Below, piece by piece: positions 1 through 13,746 of a DNA stretch of 64,000 nucleotides. The notes beneath the pieces are model-generated. The model was not told where the DNA came from, made no database searches, and was given only the letters and a program-made list of their open reading frames with translations. Position 1 is the stretch's first letter, and each line of letters opens with the position of its first letter. Location of the stretch: NCBI GenBank assembly GCA_951406725.2, contig OX597825.1, positions 36,084,001-36,148,000 on the forward strand. Reading direction: 5' to 3'. The translations under genes and the position numbers were made by a program. This DNA is from Octopus vulgaris (lineage: Eukaryota).

Positions 1-366
1 TTCTAAAATTTTTATTACCCTGATATTATTAAATATATAAACAACAACAAAGTGGCAATAATGACGAATTAAACATGTTATCTTACAGATAAGCTGTGTT
101 GTTCAAATTAAGGTAAAATTACATACAAGTATTTCTACACAAGTATCTACTTTAATAATATACATATCACAAAAAAATATGTTAATCAGCACTTCAAACA
201 TATCCCTTACTTGTTCAACATTAACTCAGTATGTACACTCACATGCAACTGTAGAATTTAAACAATTTTAAGGAAAAGATATGTTAGATAGTGAATACCA
301 TTAAATTTAATTCCAATAATGGATATCATTGTTTATTTAGCTAAGATTAAATATAAATTAACAGTG

Positions 367-775
367 AGGCATGGCTGTATGGTTAAGAAGCTTGCTTTGC
401 CATCATGTCATTTTGAGTTCAATCTCAGAGTGTGGCACCATGGGTAGGTGTCTTCTGTTATACTGGGAAAAATCAATGCCTTGTGACTGAATTTGATAAA
501 GGGAAAGTGTGTGAAGGCCTGATGTATGTATATGTACATATATAAATATGTATTTATGTATATGCTTATTTGTGAGTGTGTTATTGAATTAAAAACCAGT
601 GTTGATTTGTTAACATCCTGTAACTTAATAATTTAGCAAAAGAAATCGATAGAATAAATACCAAATGTTGAACAAAAATAGTATGGTGGTCAATATGTTC
701 AAAGTGGTGCTCCAGAAAGGTCACAATCTAATGAATGAAACAAGTAAAAAATAGAAGGTAAAAGATAAAGATAAA
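367..775 (+). mobile_element. tRNA-derived SINE (family A, CORE-like), degenerate
   Basis: Head GGCATGGCTGTATGGTTAAGAAG..GAGTTCAATCTC, internal TA/TG microsatellite, tail GAAACAAGTAAAA; many copies in the window. Confidence 0.75.
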
Positions 776-1574
776 TGCTAAATGCTAAGTAGACCATTAG
801 CCAAAGAACCAAATATGTTCTGTGGTAACTTCAATGTAAACAACTTAATCTCTGTAAAAGATGTCTCAGGAGAATATGAGAGAAGAAATGATGCTAACCA
901 GATAAGCTATATGGATGGCAGGGCTAAAAGAGGACTACTGCATATATGTCAAATAATATCAATGAAAACACCATTAAAAGGTCTAAAGAAAATTACTAAC
1001 AGAAAATCCTCAAGCCCAGATCATGTAACAAAATTTTTGTTCAAGAATTTTCATCTTTTTTTTGTCAAGATTTGATAACACTGTATGTAAAGTTGTGTTA
1101 ATTGTATCAGGAGTATGTTAAATATAGCCAAATGTTTATCAACTGCCTTTACTATTCTTATTAAAAAATATAGTGAAAATATATAGTGAACCAGCCAAAA
1201 ATTACTGCTTAATTACCAGCCATAACATCTATTATCTTTTACTTTCTTCATACAAGATCAATTTGCTATCATTAATATTACAACAACAGAGCACCCTGAG
1301 GAAATAAGGAAGTATGGTCCATATAGAGTAGCTGCTAATCAACAAAATGATATAGGGAATGGTAGGTACCTAGAGTACATAGTGTAACTTGATGACTAGA
1401 AAGCCTTTTATACCACAGGAGTGGATGATCAAAACATTATAATTAACCAAAGTTCCACCACCATTGCCAGATGCTTTTCAGTACCTAACCAGAACTATGT
1501 ATACCACTTTACTTCTCAGCCATCCCTCTCTCTCTCTTTGGGAGAGGCACAAGCACCTACACGCACATATACAT

Positions 1575-1718
1575 ACACGGCAGTAACTTCCACCTACCGA
1601 ATTCAATCACAAAGCTCGGGGCTATAGTGGAAGACACCTACCCAAAGTGCCACGCAGTGGGACTGAACCCGAAACCATGTAGCTAGGAAGCAAGCTCCCT
1701 AACCACACAGCCATGCCC
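1575..1718 (-). mobile_element. SINE family A, 5' part
   Basis: Reverse of GGCATGGCTGTGTGGTTAGG..GGTTCAGTCCCACTGCGTGGCACTTTGGG. Confidence 0.75.
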
Positions 1719-1939
1719 GCGATAGTAAACAAACCAAATCTAATGCCATACATTATCAAAAGGAAAATCCTACATCAAGGTGATAGCTTGTCAGTATTGC
1801 TCTTTGTCTCTTTTGTTAAACCTATTATCATGCCTGTTCCTGAAACATAGTGATTATGGAAATAGATACTCTGAATTTAGAAACATTTTCACCTCTTCTC
1901 TGAGGTTGTATAGGCCAAGTATTCCATCCATCTTCTCTA

Positions 1940-2330
1940 CTCACTATTCCTGGTTTGGTCATGGGTGTAGAGTCCTCAGGCTCTTTCTTCACAGGGTCCC
2001 ATCAGAAGCAACCATCATTAGACTTTCTGGTTGGATTCCCAAGTGTGACCAACTGAGACGATGGATATCATCCAACCATCACATTCTCAGTCTATCTCTA
2101 GGTCTCCTGCTGGTTGGCTCAACTGGAAAAATCTGTCTTGTGATTCTTTCCTGTGGTGTTTCAATTACATGTCCATTGTACCAGATCTGTGACCTTTCAG
2201 TGAAGACAAGTCATAGTCTGACCTGGAGAGACTTCCTGATTTCCAAGCTATGCACCCTGTTTAGTAACAACATCAAAAAGCAATTGGAACTCATTACCCA
2301 ATATTCCACTGACAGTAGAACGAAATTAGT
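1940..2330 (-). mobile_element. RTE-clade LINE 3' fragment (decayed)
   Basis: Minus-strand translation RSQIWYNGHV...RRPRDRLRM*WLDDI resembles the RTE ORF2 C-terminus (LRWxGHV..GRRPRGRPR.RW.D); contains stops. Confidence 0.7.
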
Positions 2331-4643
2331 CCAAATATGCATTTTTGGAGAAAGATGAGGAAATCTTGTGCCCTTCTCTAATACAGCCCTTACATTTGCA
2401 TTGAGAACTACTTGTCTTGGACAGGACAAGAATGTCAGAGAGGGTGAGGGGAAGGAATGCATGCTTCAAGACAACAGAGAAAATATAGTCATCAGAACTC
2501 TCAGCTTACAACAAACATTACTCACATCATTTTTGCAATGCCTATTTTGGCATCAACATATGGCCTCCTTAATTAGTCAATAAAGAATTTATTGAGATCA
2601 TCATCATCATCTTCATTTGATGTCCATTTTCCATGCTGGCATAGGTTGGACGGTTTGACAGGAGCTGACAAGCCAGAAGACAGCACCAGGCTTCACTGTC
2701 TGTTTTTTGGCATGGCTTTTATGGCTGGATGCCCTTCCTAACACCTCCCCTCAGAAACTACTTAGTGTTACTGGAAATTTCAGCCTCACTGATGATGCAG
2801 ACATTATATTTCCCATGCAAGAAAGAAAAATGGCCATATGGGACCTCGATTGGCCTTATTTTAGATTTGAAACCGTATCTGGAAATTCTCCCTGGCCATA
2901 TGGCCCTTGTCCTGGCTGTGTCAGGGAGAGTTCAAATGACCTAAATTAGTATAAGCTGTTCTTATTATGGTTTCTCCGTTTATCTAGCTGGAATGTGCTG
3001 TTATAAATACCAGCACTCCATAAGCAGAAAATAGAGAGAGCCTCGACCACCACACTGCAAAGTGTTCTTGACTGCCACATCGCATTTCAACAATGAATAC
3101 AGCCATCCCACCAGTCACTCTCTACCTTTCTCTCACTGGCTTACTAGCATCTTCACTCTATCTGTCTATCAACTACTGCTGAGAACCACAGGGTACATGT
3201 AAGTTTTACCCTATCAACTTTATAAACTTCCAACCACATACACTCATTCTATCTCTCTCTCCTTGCTATCTAGCTGTCAACCATAGCCTAACAGAAGCAC
3301 TACCACATGAAAACATATAACTTTTTTCAATACTGTTTGTTTATATGTATGCCTGCTCATCGTCGTCTGGCATTCAGAAACAGTAACAGTAAATAAATTT
3401 GGTTATCACAACTTTGGTTGGTGTTCTTCTTTCTTGGAGTCAGCATCAACATCATCATCTTCATCAACAGCACAGCCTTCCTTCACATTCAGCAACCACT
3501 CCATTTCAGCCATTGTTGCTTTAAATTTATGTTAACCTCACACAGGACCCAGATTGTGACACTGAAGTAAAATCTCCAGTTGAGGAAGGAAAAAAGACAA
3601 TTTCTTAAACTCAAGCTTGTGAGCATGAAAATTAAATATCATTTGGATAACTGGAAAACTTGTGAAGAAACATGAAATAAAATTTGCCTTCTCTCCAAAT
3701 AACATTGGAAAATCTTTCTTAATCCTACATCAGACTCAGAAAAATAAATCACTTTCACAGGAAGGTTATACATGAGTACTTGAAGGGAAAATCATAGTGC
3801 CAAGAAGGAACCTCCAACACTAAAAGCCTGATGTGAAGTACTGACAAATTTATAATAAAACACTGTTGATATTAACTCCATGCAATCCCAGTGCAAGAAT
3901 TTCCTATCAGGTACAGCACATTATGTACAAAAGACAAAAAAGTATCTGCTAACAACTGAAGATATTAGCCACTGTGAAAGAATGACATTAGATACTACCT
4001 ACCCATAAAGCATGATGTGTAGTATCATAGCTAGTGGGATGACAAAGAGAATGGCAAAGGGGGAGGTATTTCACCTTGGGTAATGTTTTGTAGGTGGGAG
4101 GACACTTTTGAGTCTACTGTAGTAAACCTGGGAGACTTGTACAGGAGGGGCAAACTCAAGAGCTGCCTCAAGTGATATATGCTCTAGCTATGTTGCTGAT
4201 GATGTACCTGCAGAAAAAGGGTTTAGTCCACAATGACATTCAGGATGATATGGTTTCCACATTAGGGAGTGATGTTCTAGCTTTATCAACAGTGCAAAAG
4301 TGGGTAGCTGAATTTAGGAGGGATAGGGAGAGTGTTGATAATGACCCAAAGTCTGGAGGTCCTGCAACTGCCACCACTAAAGAAAATATTGATAGTATTC
4401 ACCATATGGTGATAGATGACCAGTGATTGACTATAAATTAAATAGCCAATGCTATTAGCATATATCATGACAAAGCTGAGAATATTCTGCACAATCAACT
4501 TGGCATGATGAAGTGTTTCTGCTTGGTGAGTGCCATGTCTTCTGACACCTGATCAAATGTGCATCAGGCTGATCACATCACGGGAAAATCTGAATTTCTT
4601 TAAGGCAGATCCAGATGGTTTCCTTGAATGTTTCCTAACCCAG

Positions 4644-4933
4644 TGTGGTGTTTGTGGTGTTATGGGCTGTGATGAGCTATGTGGTGTTGGTGGAGAAGAT
4701 TGCAGATGAGGTAAATAGAAGTGAAGACTGCAGGGGCCGGCGGAAGATCCATGGAGGTATGCGTGGGCAAAATGCACACGGGGAAGTTCGAAGAGAGATG
4801 GGAGCATGCAAGGACGTGTTTTTTTTTTCCTGACAGTGATCGCTCATCCCGCCTCGGTCAACAGGTAAGGTCTCTGTATTTCTTTCTCCCTTTTGCTTCT
4901 TTTTCTGTTGTCTTTTTCCTCCATCACACTACA
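4644..4933. mobile_element. Solo LTR-like insertion (290 bp)
   Basis: TGTGGTG...CACTACA inverted termini; flanks CCCAG/CACAG (5-bp TSD, 1 mismatch); splits mariner codons CAG|GAT GAG. Confidence 0.65.
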
Positions 4934-5382
4934 CACAGGATGAGTATTGGCTTCATCACTTTGCATCAGTGACAAAGTGACAATCCATGCAGTGGGAAAA
5001 CCCTCATCACCTTGTCCAAAGAAGGCTAAGGTTGCTTCATCTGCAGGGCGAGTGATGACTTCAGTTTTTTGGGATGCAAAAGGCATTGAGTTTATTGACT
5101 ATCTTCAAAAGGGCCACACCATCAATCGAGAGTACTATATCAACTTGTTAAGGCAGTTTCATAAGACTATTGTAAATAAAAGCTCAGAAAAATTGATGAA
5201 AGGTGTCATGTTTCATCAGAAAAATGCTGCAGCACACAAATCTTTGGTTTCAATGGCTGTTGTATGTGATTGCGGCTTTGAATTGCTTGATCACCTTCCC
5301 TATTCTCTTGATTTGATCCCGTCTGACTATCATCTGTTCTCCAATATCAAAAACACTTGACTGGAAATTAGTACCACAGTAA

Positions 5383-5806
5383 TCATCATCATCATCGTTT
5401 AACGTCTGCTTTCGATGCTAGCATGGGTTGGACGATTTGACTGAGATCTGGTGAACCAGTTGGCTGCACCAGACTCCAACCTAATCTGGTAGAGTTTCTA
5501 CAGCTGGATGCCCTTCCTAACGCCAACCACTCTGAGAGTGTAGTGGGTGCTTTAACGTGCCACTGGCACAAGGGCCAGTCAGGCGGTACTGGCAACGGCC
5601 ACACTCAAATGGTGCTTTTAATGTGTCACCTGCACAGGAGCCTGTCCAGCGGCACTGGCAACGACCTCGCTCGAATGCTTTTTCACGTGCCACCAGCACA
5701 AGTGCCAATAAGGCGACGCAGGTAACGACCACGCTCAAATGGTGTTTGTAACGTGCCATCAGCATGGAGGCCAGCTTGTTGCTCTGGCAACGATCTCACT
5801 CGTATG
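5383..5806 (-). mobile_element. SINE family B with (GAT)n tail, nested in the mariner
   Basis: CATCATCGTTTAACGTC..CTGGATGCCCTTCCTAACGCCAACCAC plus internal GTGCCACYGGCAC repeats; related copies near 2598, 14545, 26070, 31337, 35280. Confidence 0.8.
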
Positions 5807-6165
5807 GTACATCATATCTGCTGTTGATGACGTGTTTGACCAACAGGATAAAAACTTCATCACCAATTGGATTCAAGTACTGTGAAACTGACGGAAGTGT
5901 GTGGACCAGAAGGAGAACTATGTTGAAAAATATCTCATTTGGTCTCATTCCATGGGAGTATTTTGGTCAACCTACAAACTTTTCAGCCAACCCTCATATC
6001 CCCAGTATAAGAGTTAAATTCAAAGGGTGAATGGTTGTCTATAGGATGGTGCAATGAACAAGATCTTCCTATTATAAGCTTGTTGCTGAGCAGGTGATTA
6101 GTCAGTATTAATGCTGACACTCCAGTAAAGTAGAAAATACCTCCCCCACACACTTACAAATACAC

Positions 6166-6203
<38 letters not shown>

Positions 6204-6499
6204 TCACACATATATTCAGATACATACATGCCTACATACTTTATTGACACTGATCAGGTGGCCACTTAAACTCTAAAATTCCAAATAGGAAGAGTATATA
6301 TATATATATATGTACATTCATACGCACATATACACACACACACATGCACACATACTTTAATGGCTCTGACCTAATGGCTGCTCAAAATAAACTAAAATTC
6401 CTAATAGGATGAGTACATATGTACATATGGAAACACATACACACAAACACATACCACACACACATATTCATACAACACAAGAACACACACTTATATCCT

Positions 6500-6698
6500 T
6501 ATATTTTAGTTGTTTCAATCAACAGACTGTGGTCATGCTGGAGCATTGCCTTGAAGAATTCTTAGTTGAATGAATTGATCCCAGGACATATTTTTTAAAG
6601 CCTGGTACTTATTCTATTGGTTCTTTTGCTGAACTGCTAACTTATGGGGATGTAAACACACCAATGTCGGTTGTCAAGCTGTGGTGGGGGATAAACAC

Positions 6699-6738
<40 letters not shown>

Positions 6739-6893
6739 GGTTTCCTTTAGTTTCTTTCTGCTAAATCTGCTTACAAGGCTTTGGTTGACCCAAAACTATA
6801 TAGTAGAAGACACTTACCCAAGGTGCCGTGCAGTTGGACTGAACCTGGGACCATGTGGTTGGGAAGAAAACTTCTTACCACACAGCCATGCCT
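6500..6893 (-). mobile_element. SINE family A with internal (CA)n
   Basis: Head, core, microsatellite and tail all present on the minus strand. Confidence 0.8.
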
Positions 6894-7699
6894 GTTGATT
6901 TTTCCTTTAATAAGAATATCCCAAATAAGGTGAGAAGCTATTAAGTGTAAGAGACTAAGGAATTTAATATATATCATAGGCGTGTGGTCCATGGAAGCAA
7001 GAGAAGTAATGCTTACCTTAAAAATTATAGAAATAAAATTGAAACTATATTACTTATTTTTCAAAAGATTGTTCTTATGTTCTGTAAAATTAATATAAAC
7101 TACATGACATCACAGGCTTCAGACTTTTATAGTCGGAATTAGCATGAGATGACATGCAGTGGCAGATGACACAAGAAAAAAATCTGTGCAAGGGAAGCAA
7201 CACAAGCTGTTGCATCCTTTACGGTGTAATATTTTAACATTTTTTCCTATAAAACTGCTACAGACAATTTTTTTTTCTAGTAAGAGTATTATAATGAATA
7301 GTTTTAGATGCTTACGCTTAGATTAAGTTTCTGTCAATTCGCAATACCTATGATATATATAATCTTATGTTGTTTTTTAACACTTACATAAGAAAAGTGA
7401 AGCAAGTTGACATTTTGCTTCCATCAGAAAAACGGCGGAAAGATAACATGTGTGTAGTTTTCTGCATTTATTCAACTATTATTTTATACATTTCAAATTA
7501 CAAAACACTGTTAATATAAAATGTGACTTTTTTAATTTTAAAAATAGCTGTATAATATGAACATGTCAATTTGATTCAAATATCTATGTGACGGAAAATT
7601 TTAGTCAGTGCTTCCCCAGCTAGAGAGATCACCACATGCTCCTGATATATATATATATACATAGGCATAAATGTATCTGTGTGGTTAAGAAGTTTGCTT

Positions 7700-8350
7700 T
7701 ATTATTTTTCATTTGCCCATTTACAACCTGTGCTGTAGGAGAAATAAGCTGATTTTTAGTGCCATTTGGTGTCTATCTCTAGTGTGATAGAAAGGTTATT
7801 CTGATCTCTTTAATATAATTATGTATGTAATTATAAATTTAGTATATAAAAATTATCTACGAGGTTTTTATTTCATGCTGGCCACTTGATAAATTCATTA
7901 AAATGATCTTATTCTTAATTCTATAATGAATAAAAATGAAAATATTTTTGTTCCTGATCAAAAGCGCATTTGCTTCAAGGTTATTTTGATAAAAAGCATG
8001 TGGTTGAAATGAAAAATGTAAATTTGACCTTCTCAAGTATATACAGGCAAATGTATGTATATGGTCGTGCAGCTTTGGTGTTCATATGGGTATGTATAAA
8101 TACTTGTGATTAGACACTTCAGAATAATGTGCTGAAGATGGCAGTATGTTTTTCATTGCATTTATCTTGAAATTGATCCTATTCACAATTAACTGGAAAG
8201 TTGTATTCATTACTTTTCATTTGCCTGTTTATAACCTGTGCTGTAGGAGAGATAAGGGGATTTTTAGTGCCATTTGGCATCAATCTCTAATGTGTCGGAA
8301 AAGTTATTCCGATCTCTTTAATATAATTATGTATACAATTATAAATTTAG

Positions 8351-8355
<5 letters not shown>
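7700..8355 (+). repeat. Diverged ~145-bp direct repeat pair (7700-7847 and 8208-8355)
   Basis: TTTTCATTTGCC..AACCTGTGCTGTAGGAGA..GATCTCTTTAATATAATTATGTA occurs twice. Confidence 0.8.
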
Positions 8356-8425
<70 letters not shown>

Positions 8426-8432
8426 ATATATA
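8351..8432. repeat. (TA)n microsatellite
   Basis: Seen directly. Confidence 0.95.
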
Positions 8433-8796
8433 TAAAACAATTTAACAAATAAAACATATGCATACATACATATATCTCCCCCTCCCCCTCCCCCCATCTC
8501 TCCTCCCCTCTCCCCCTCATCTCCTCTCTCTACACTACACCATACGACATTACACATCACATCATTCATACATACACACGTCCAGACCTCTCATATGCAC
8601 ATACATACTCTCTCATACACACATGCACCCTTATGTTGGGGCGAAGTCATTTGACCCTGTTATCTCCCCTACTTTCCCTCTTGCGTCTCACGTCTGATCT
8701 CTGACTTCTGGCCGAAATCAGACTGCCATGTTGATTCGTTAGCTCCTGCATGCAATTTTTCTCTCCTTGTTTCTCTCCGTGTTTCTTTTCTGTGTA

Positions 8797-8834
8797 TCTT
8801 TCTGTTGAAGAGCATAGGCTCGAAACGTAAAAGA
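8797..8834 (+). ncRNA. Minimal type I hammerhead-like motif in a Penelope-like 3' end
   Basis: TCTTT-CTGTTGA-A-GAGC(atag)GCTC-GAAA-CG-TA-AAAGA: 5-bp stem I, 4-bp stem II, palindromic stem III, A6>U core variant. Confidence 0.6.
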
Positions 8835-9385
8835 CTTGTTTTATTTCTATTCCTGAGCGCCATACTAATACAATTGTTTGTTTGTACTCCACCTGCCTTC
8901 GTCTTTTGTTTATTTTCCTAAAGCTTCCCGTTACATACCTACATCTATATGTATATATACATGCATATATATATATATATGAGTACAGGACACCACAAAT
9001 AAACGTAGAACACAACGAGAAACGAAAACATAAAAACAAACAAGGAAACGGACTTTTTTTAACAACGAAAAAACAGAGTACAAGACAAACAATACAAGGA
9101 ATATTCCCCGTCATCAGCTGCCCCTGGTTCGACTCAATGTGTGTTTCGAAGATAAGGGCAGAACACGATCCGGCCGAAGCAGTCCTTCCTGCAAAATGAA
9201 TTAAATAAAATTCTTTTGCAGAGGGGTAAAAAAAAAAAAAAAGTGACAAGAACAGGACGTAAAAGCAATACAAATAAATAAAAATACAGTACACATAAAG
9301 AATAAAAACAGGACAAGGAAACCAACAATAAGGGCTTTTTTAAGCCTAGACATATATATATATATATATTGCAGTTCCTATTTGA

Positions 9386-9466
9386 GGCTCCAATGAAGCT
9401 ATAAGGTGTTACTCAGGCACGCAACTGTGAGTCCACTGCATCTTAAAGCAGAAACAGCTGTCAGCT
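9386..9466 (+). ncRNA. Minimal type I hammerhead-like motif with mutated core
   Basis: GGCT-CCAATGA-A-GCT..TAAG...CTTA.AGC-A-GAAA-CAGCTG-TC-AGCT; palindromic stem III ACAGCTGT. Confidence 0.5.
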
Positions 9467-9727
9467 AATGAAGTTCATAAGCTAATTGTTTTTTCTCTTG
9501 CCATTTAATTTCTTTATTACTGCTCTGTACTCGACTAATGCTTTGTTCTAAAGTATATATATACTGAGTTCTACATCAGGTTATTCGCCTCGCAATGCTT
9601 AAGCGAAATATATATGTGTACTTGTGTGGGTGCATTTTTCACTACCTCCTTACGTTTTGTGATAGTTGTAAAGGATTGTAACCATCATGCAAGCAGTATT
9701 CTTCATTTCTAGTCTTCTGTGAAAACA

Positions 9728-10592
9728 TGTCTAGTCGAGCGACGACGATTGACCGGCTCGATCGAACGGGGAATTTGCCACGGAAGGAGAGAATTCGGTG
9801 GGGGAGAATGGCAGCGGACCAAGCAACTGGCGACCGGAGAGAACAACAACAACAACAGCAGGAAGAGATACAGAGAGAGACGGCGGAAGGCAATTGGCTT
9901 ACATTTAACAACAGTTTATAACAATTACGACATCAAATACAATGTGATACATAGCAGATACATTAAAGAAAATACATGCAAGAAAACAAGGAAACAACAA
10001 AATCAAAGCATTTAAACAGTTCACGTCGAATCAAAACAGAATGTTCACGATATAGCACAGTGACAAATCAGTTCAATTCACGATACAGTTCAAAGTTCAA
10101 ATCACATTAAAGTCTTTCTCTTTCTTTTCGACACAACTCTGTAACACAGTTCTTTTCACAATCTCTTTTCCTTAATTCAGTACTTCTTCCTCCTTTTTTA
10201 ACACATCAATTCTTTTCCTTAACACAACTCTTTTTAACACAATTCACATCAAAACATAAACAACTCATACCGTTACATTTTCTAGTTACAACTCCTACTA
10301 CGAATAGCCAATGCCTTCATGCCGTAGTCCCCCTCTCTCACTCTTCTTAATCCTATCTGCCTGTCTTCCCCTCGCTTGTCATCCCTCACATTCACTGTCT
10401 CCGGTAGAACTCCCTGTTACCAACTCACTCTGTTCCCGACTGTCGACTCACTCCCAGCGCATCGCATTTTAAAGGGTGGTCTCTTAAACTTTCCTTGACC
10501 GGCAGAGGGCCAAAGGTCTCCTCCGAATACATAAAGCTCCCCAGAAACTGACAGAACAAAAGATTTACCCGTTTCCCTGACGCCAGATCACA
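9728..10592 (-). mobile_element. Possible solo LTR
   Basis: TGT...ACA ends, TTTAAAA followed by an AG-rich tract on the minus strand, abuts a truncated SINE; no TSD found. Confidence 0.3.
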
Positions 10593-12493
10593 AAAGTAGG
10601 TTGCAATACTCTTATTTTCTGAACTGAACTGACTCCCATATCAATATGTATGTATGCCTGTATATATGTACAAAATCCACTGAGAAGGCTTTTGTTGGTC
10701 TGAAGCTACAGCAGAAGACACATGCCAAGTCACCACACAGTGGGACTGAACCCAGGACCATGTGTTTGGAACATAGTTTGTTACCACACAGCCACACCTG
10801 CCCCTATGTATGTGTGTGTATGTGTGTATGGGTAGATGTATTATGCATGTATATATGTGTATATATATGTGTACATATTACATGTACATCTATATACATA
10901 CATCTACACATAAAATACAAAATACAAAGTTATATCTTGATATCGCTAGTGATAACAATACTCAAAATATATAACAGACTGGAATTGTAGGCCCGTCTCT
11001 TGCAATTTCAATCAATTGGATCTTGTCCTCCCTCTTGTATAGAAGTGTACGGCTGCAGCGAAATTCATTTTTGGACTTTCTTCTATCGAAGGCATTTTAA
11101 CAAAAATGCTTCCGTAAAGACGGTGAAAATATTGTCAATTTCCCCAAACAGGGACACAATTCAATTTTTAAACAATAACCAAAGCCCCCCCGAAAGGGGG
11201 AGGGTTACGGTTTACAATTATTTAACAAATGCAACACAACAACGTTTCCCTGACGAGGAACCAACAAACGTGATTACAATAGTCAAACAGTAATAATAAT
11301 AACAACAATCCTTTTTAATTTATCCCCATTTATGTGAAACCACTTATTCAAGTTAAAGTCATTGATGCAATTTTATACGAATTGCTAATTCACACACACA
11401 CACACACACATAATAAGGGTGAAAAATTGAATATTAATTTGATTAATATGAATTGAAAACCAGTGGTGTAGCATATAAGACCATAGCAGATCTTCCTCAA
11501 GCAAAAAGGATGACCACTATTAATGGCTCATCCCTGTTATATAATACTTTCACTTTGATAGTTTCACACTTGCAAAGAGAAAGTAGGAGAAGTAATAGCA
11601 GGAGTAAACCACTTGAAATGAGAGAGGCAAATCGTAAAATATTGAGTTTTCTCGAATTTTTGCTTAATTGGGGGTCAAATTGAAAAAAACTTTACATGCC
11701 ATGACCCAATCGAATCTACTTGGAAAAATCATAGGTAAATTCCAATTGAAGAAATTCTATATTGTAGAATTGTATTAAAAAGGAACATGGGAACAGGCAG
11801 AGAAAATCTGCCTTTTATCATAAGATAAGAGATAAGATATATATATCTATATATCACCATCATCATTAAAACAATGATAATGACGATAAATATGTACGTA
11901 TGGATAATTCTTGAGTATAAATTTTGGACTTTGTACAGTTCTGATTTTACCAAGCTACTGTACACTTGCATGGGCTGAAGTTCTTCTCCCCCTAGACTGT
12001 TTTCCAGAGCAAAACGTATCTCCTTCGTCTGAAGAAGAAGCTTCATTTTTCATTTTCCCTTCCCCTATCTATGGAAGTGTTTTACTGCTTTTGACCCAAT
12101 TTCTCATTAATTGTATTTACTTTTCTTTCATCTGATGTTTGTATTTCTCAGCTGATTTTGAACTTGTTTAAAAGTTATTAGCTTTATTCAAGAGTACTCC
12201 AATTGCTATTTTTAAGACCACTTAGCTATTCCCCACTTCTATTTTATTTGGTGACTGATGAATAAATATATTTTGTGTATTTACACCAAATAGCTATTTC
12301 AACATGTTTTTTCTTTTGTAGATTAGCAATATTTTTATCACTTTTGAAAATGTATGTACCCATCATCATCATCATTTTAATGTCTTTTCTGTGTTTGCAT
12401 GAGTTGGATGGAATTTGTTGCAGCAGATTTTCTGCTGGATGCTCTTCTTATTACCAACCTTCACCTGCTTCCAAGTAAGTCAATAGTTTCCCA

Positions 12494-13746
12494 TTGGGTC
12501 ATCCCATAAATAATGCAATTTTTATATACTTTTATTTTTCAAGATTAAAATAAACAAAGTTCTTTCTTAATCTAAAATATACTATCCTTCATTTTCTACA
12601 ATGCTCTTCCATCTATCTGGTAGACTTGCAAGGCCCCTCTTCTAAAATTCACTTAGCCATGACGAAAAATACTCCTCCAGTACCGTTCTAACCTTATCTA
12701 CAGAATTCATATTTTTATCCAAATGATTTTGAACACTGTGGAATAAATGATAATCAGATGGGGCAATGTCTGGTAAATATGGTGAGTGGGGCACCGTTTC
12801 CCATTCAAACTGCTCCAACCTTTGGAATGTCATCCTCACTGTACATAGCTGAGCATTATCCTGATGGAAGAACACCTTTTGTCTTGAAACCAAAGATGGT
12901 CGTTTTTCTTCTGGCACTGACTTAAGCTGCTCTTAGTAGATCTCCTTTGTTATCGTTTGGTTTAGGTTTAAAAGTTCAAAGTGGACTAAACCTTTCATAT
13001 CCCACCAAACAGATAACAACACCTTATGTTAGTGAAGACCTTCTTTAGCCTGCAGTGCTGGTGTTTCTCCTTTCCCTACCCAATGTCTTCAGCACTTGAC
13101 ATTTTTATAGAGAACCCATTTCTCGTCACCCGTCAGTATTCGGTCCAAAAAAAGGTTCTTTTTGTGAGATGTAACAGCAAAGAGCACACATTCACTCTCT
13201 GCATGCGATTAGACTCAGAAAGTTTGTGAGGAACCCACTGACCCAATTTGCTGACTTCTGATGGCACACAGGTGTCAATGTGTGGTTGAATGACCAAATC
13301 CAAGCTTCTCTGCTAGTTCCTCAAGTTACAGTGGAATTTTGTTCCAACAGGGTTTGCAGGACATCCTTGTCACGCTTTACATATCTTCCAGGATGAGGCT
13401 CATCTTCTGGCTCAGAATTTCTGGAACCATTGTTGACACTGGCTTACACTTATTGTCCAATTTCCATAAACTGCATTAATATTCCTCGCACTTTCCATTG
13501 CATTGTTGCCTTTATTGAACTCAAAGCAAAATATGCTGAATATGCTCCTTTATCACTTCCATCATAGCTTTGAAAAAATAGCTGTTAAAAATCGAACTGC
13601 ATTCTTCAAAACATGCACTAAGAATAAGGACAAGGTAAAATTACTACCTGCTTTTATAGCAAGTTGATGCAGGTAGTTTATCCTGTCCCCCTCCAACTTT
13701 TAGTTCATGTAATTGAGAAAACCACATTATTTATGGGATGACCCAA
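12494..13746 (-). mobile_element. Full-length decayed mariner (~1.25 kb)
   Basis: TIRs TTGGGTCATCCCATAAATAATG at both ends, TA on the right; HQDNA and HSPYLPDIAPSDYHLF motifs; many stops and frameshifts. Confidence 0.9.

Larger units (their letters stand above)
4200..5996 (+). mobile_element. Decayed mariner transposon, 5'-truncated, with nested solo LTR and SINE
   Basis: Transposase remnants TVQKWVAEF, FLTQ|DE, VMTSVFWDAKG, HLPYSLDLIPSDYHLF; right TIR ACTTTTCAGCCAACCCTCA followed by TA. Confidence 0.85.

Noticed and set aside
1780-2358. 192-aa plus-strand ORF
   Set aside because: Antisense to an RTE LINE remnant, with no recognisable protein features
11250-11275. CTGACGA hammerhead core
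   Set aside because: No stem II followed by GAAA
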